From Eledone cirrhosa (Eukaryota): a stretch of DNA of 64,000 bases. The notes beneath the pieces were generated by a model that did not search any database, was not told where the DNA came from, and was given only the letters and a program-made list of their open reading frames with translations. Numbering within the stretch: position 1 is the first letter of the stretch; the number at the start of each line of letters is the position of its first letter. The stretch covers positions 284,952,001-285,016,000 of the forward strand of contig OZ024740.1 of NCBI GenBank assembly GCA_964016885.1, in the 5' to 3' direction. Shown in pieces: positions 63,613 to 64,000 of this stretch. The translations under genes were made by a program, and so were the position numbers.

Positions 63613-63659
63613 ACACCTTTAATCAATTTTTAGACCTAACTGGGCCCTCATCAGGTGTG
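63613..63659 (-). ncRNA. degenerate hammerhead relic
   Basis: acac-CTGATGA-gggcc-cagtta-ggtct-AAAA(GAAA mutated)...ggtgt. Confidence 0.4.
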
Positions 63660-63763
63660 TATATCATTCAAACAACTACAAGGAAACATATATTTGACAG
63701 GCTTATATACCTGTTCACTCTTAGTATTATTCTGAAATGGATGTACTAATTTTTATATAATTA

Positions 63764-64000
63764 GTGCGCAAGTTAGTTTTACAAGAGATAGAAAATGAAG
63801 ATCTCAAACCAGCTAAATATACAACTAAAGAACAAGAAGGAATCCCATTTGAAAGCAGGCACTGTTTGAAATTGAAACTGAACTCAGAATTTTACATGAA
63901 ATACAGAAAGGGAAGTAAGGGTTATAGAAAATATAAAAATAAACCAGAAGGCCTTCTTTAAATTTGCAAAAGATATTTCTTCAGTACATTACAGGATAGA
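63764..64000 (+). mobile_element. possible CR1/L2-like LINE remnant
   Basis: An alternative frame reads VRVIENIKINQKAFFKFAK, similar to the IKxNPKxFY tether motif of CR1-group ORF2. Confidence 0.35.

Overview
AT-rich, microsatellite-dense animal genomic DNA. The repeat families look octopus/cephalopod-like (inference). The only host-gene piece I can support is one 42-nt minus-strand exon (11820-11861, KQKTTVEILEELDK) resembling the N-terminal exon of Lunapark (LNPK), so most of the window is probably intron. The rest is transposon material. It includes a young RTE-clade LINE family: one full-length but disabled copy at 26001-29498, a 5'-truncated copy with an intact ~560-codon RT ORF at 60164-62207, and several shorter copies, all carrying a C4HC3 PHD-like finger inserted into the RT region. 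There are also older RTE, R4/Dong and CR1-like relics, several tRNA-SINE families, three non-autonomous Helitrons, a DD41D Tc1/mariner element, and mariner, pogo and TTAA MITEs. The most notable signal is a set of small non-coding elements sitting in (TA)n microsatellites that carry minimal type I hammerhead ribozyme motifs. These are a tandem two-hammerhead unit with 342-nt cleavage-site spacing (retrozyme/Penelope-type, 62645-63192), an intact hammerhead at 46331-46391, a relative split by a LINE insertion (30498-30514 plus 31223-31270), further degenerate copies, and fold-back elements that keep only the GAAAC-N4/5-G(TC) half. All folds and alignments were made by eye. Boundaries of old, degraded repeats are approximate.
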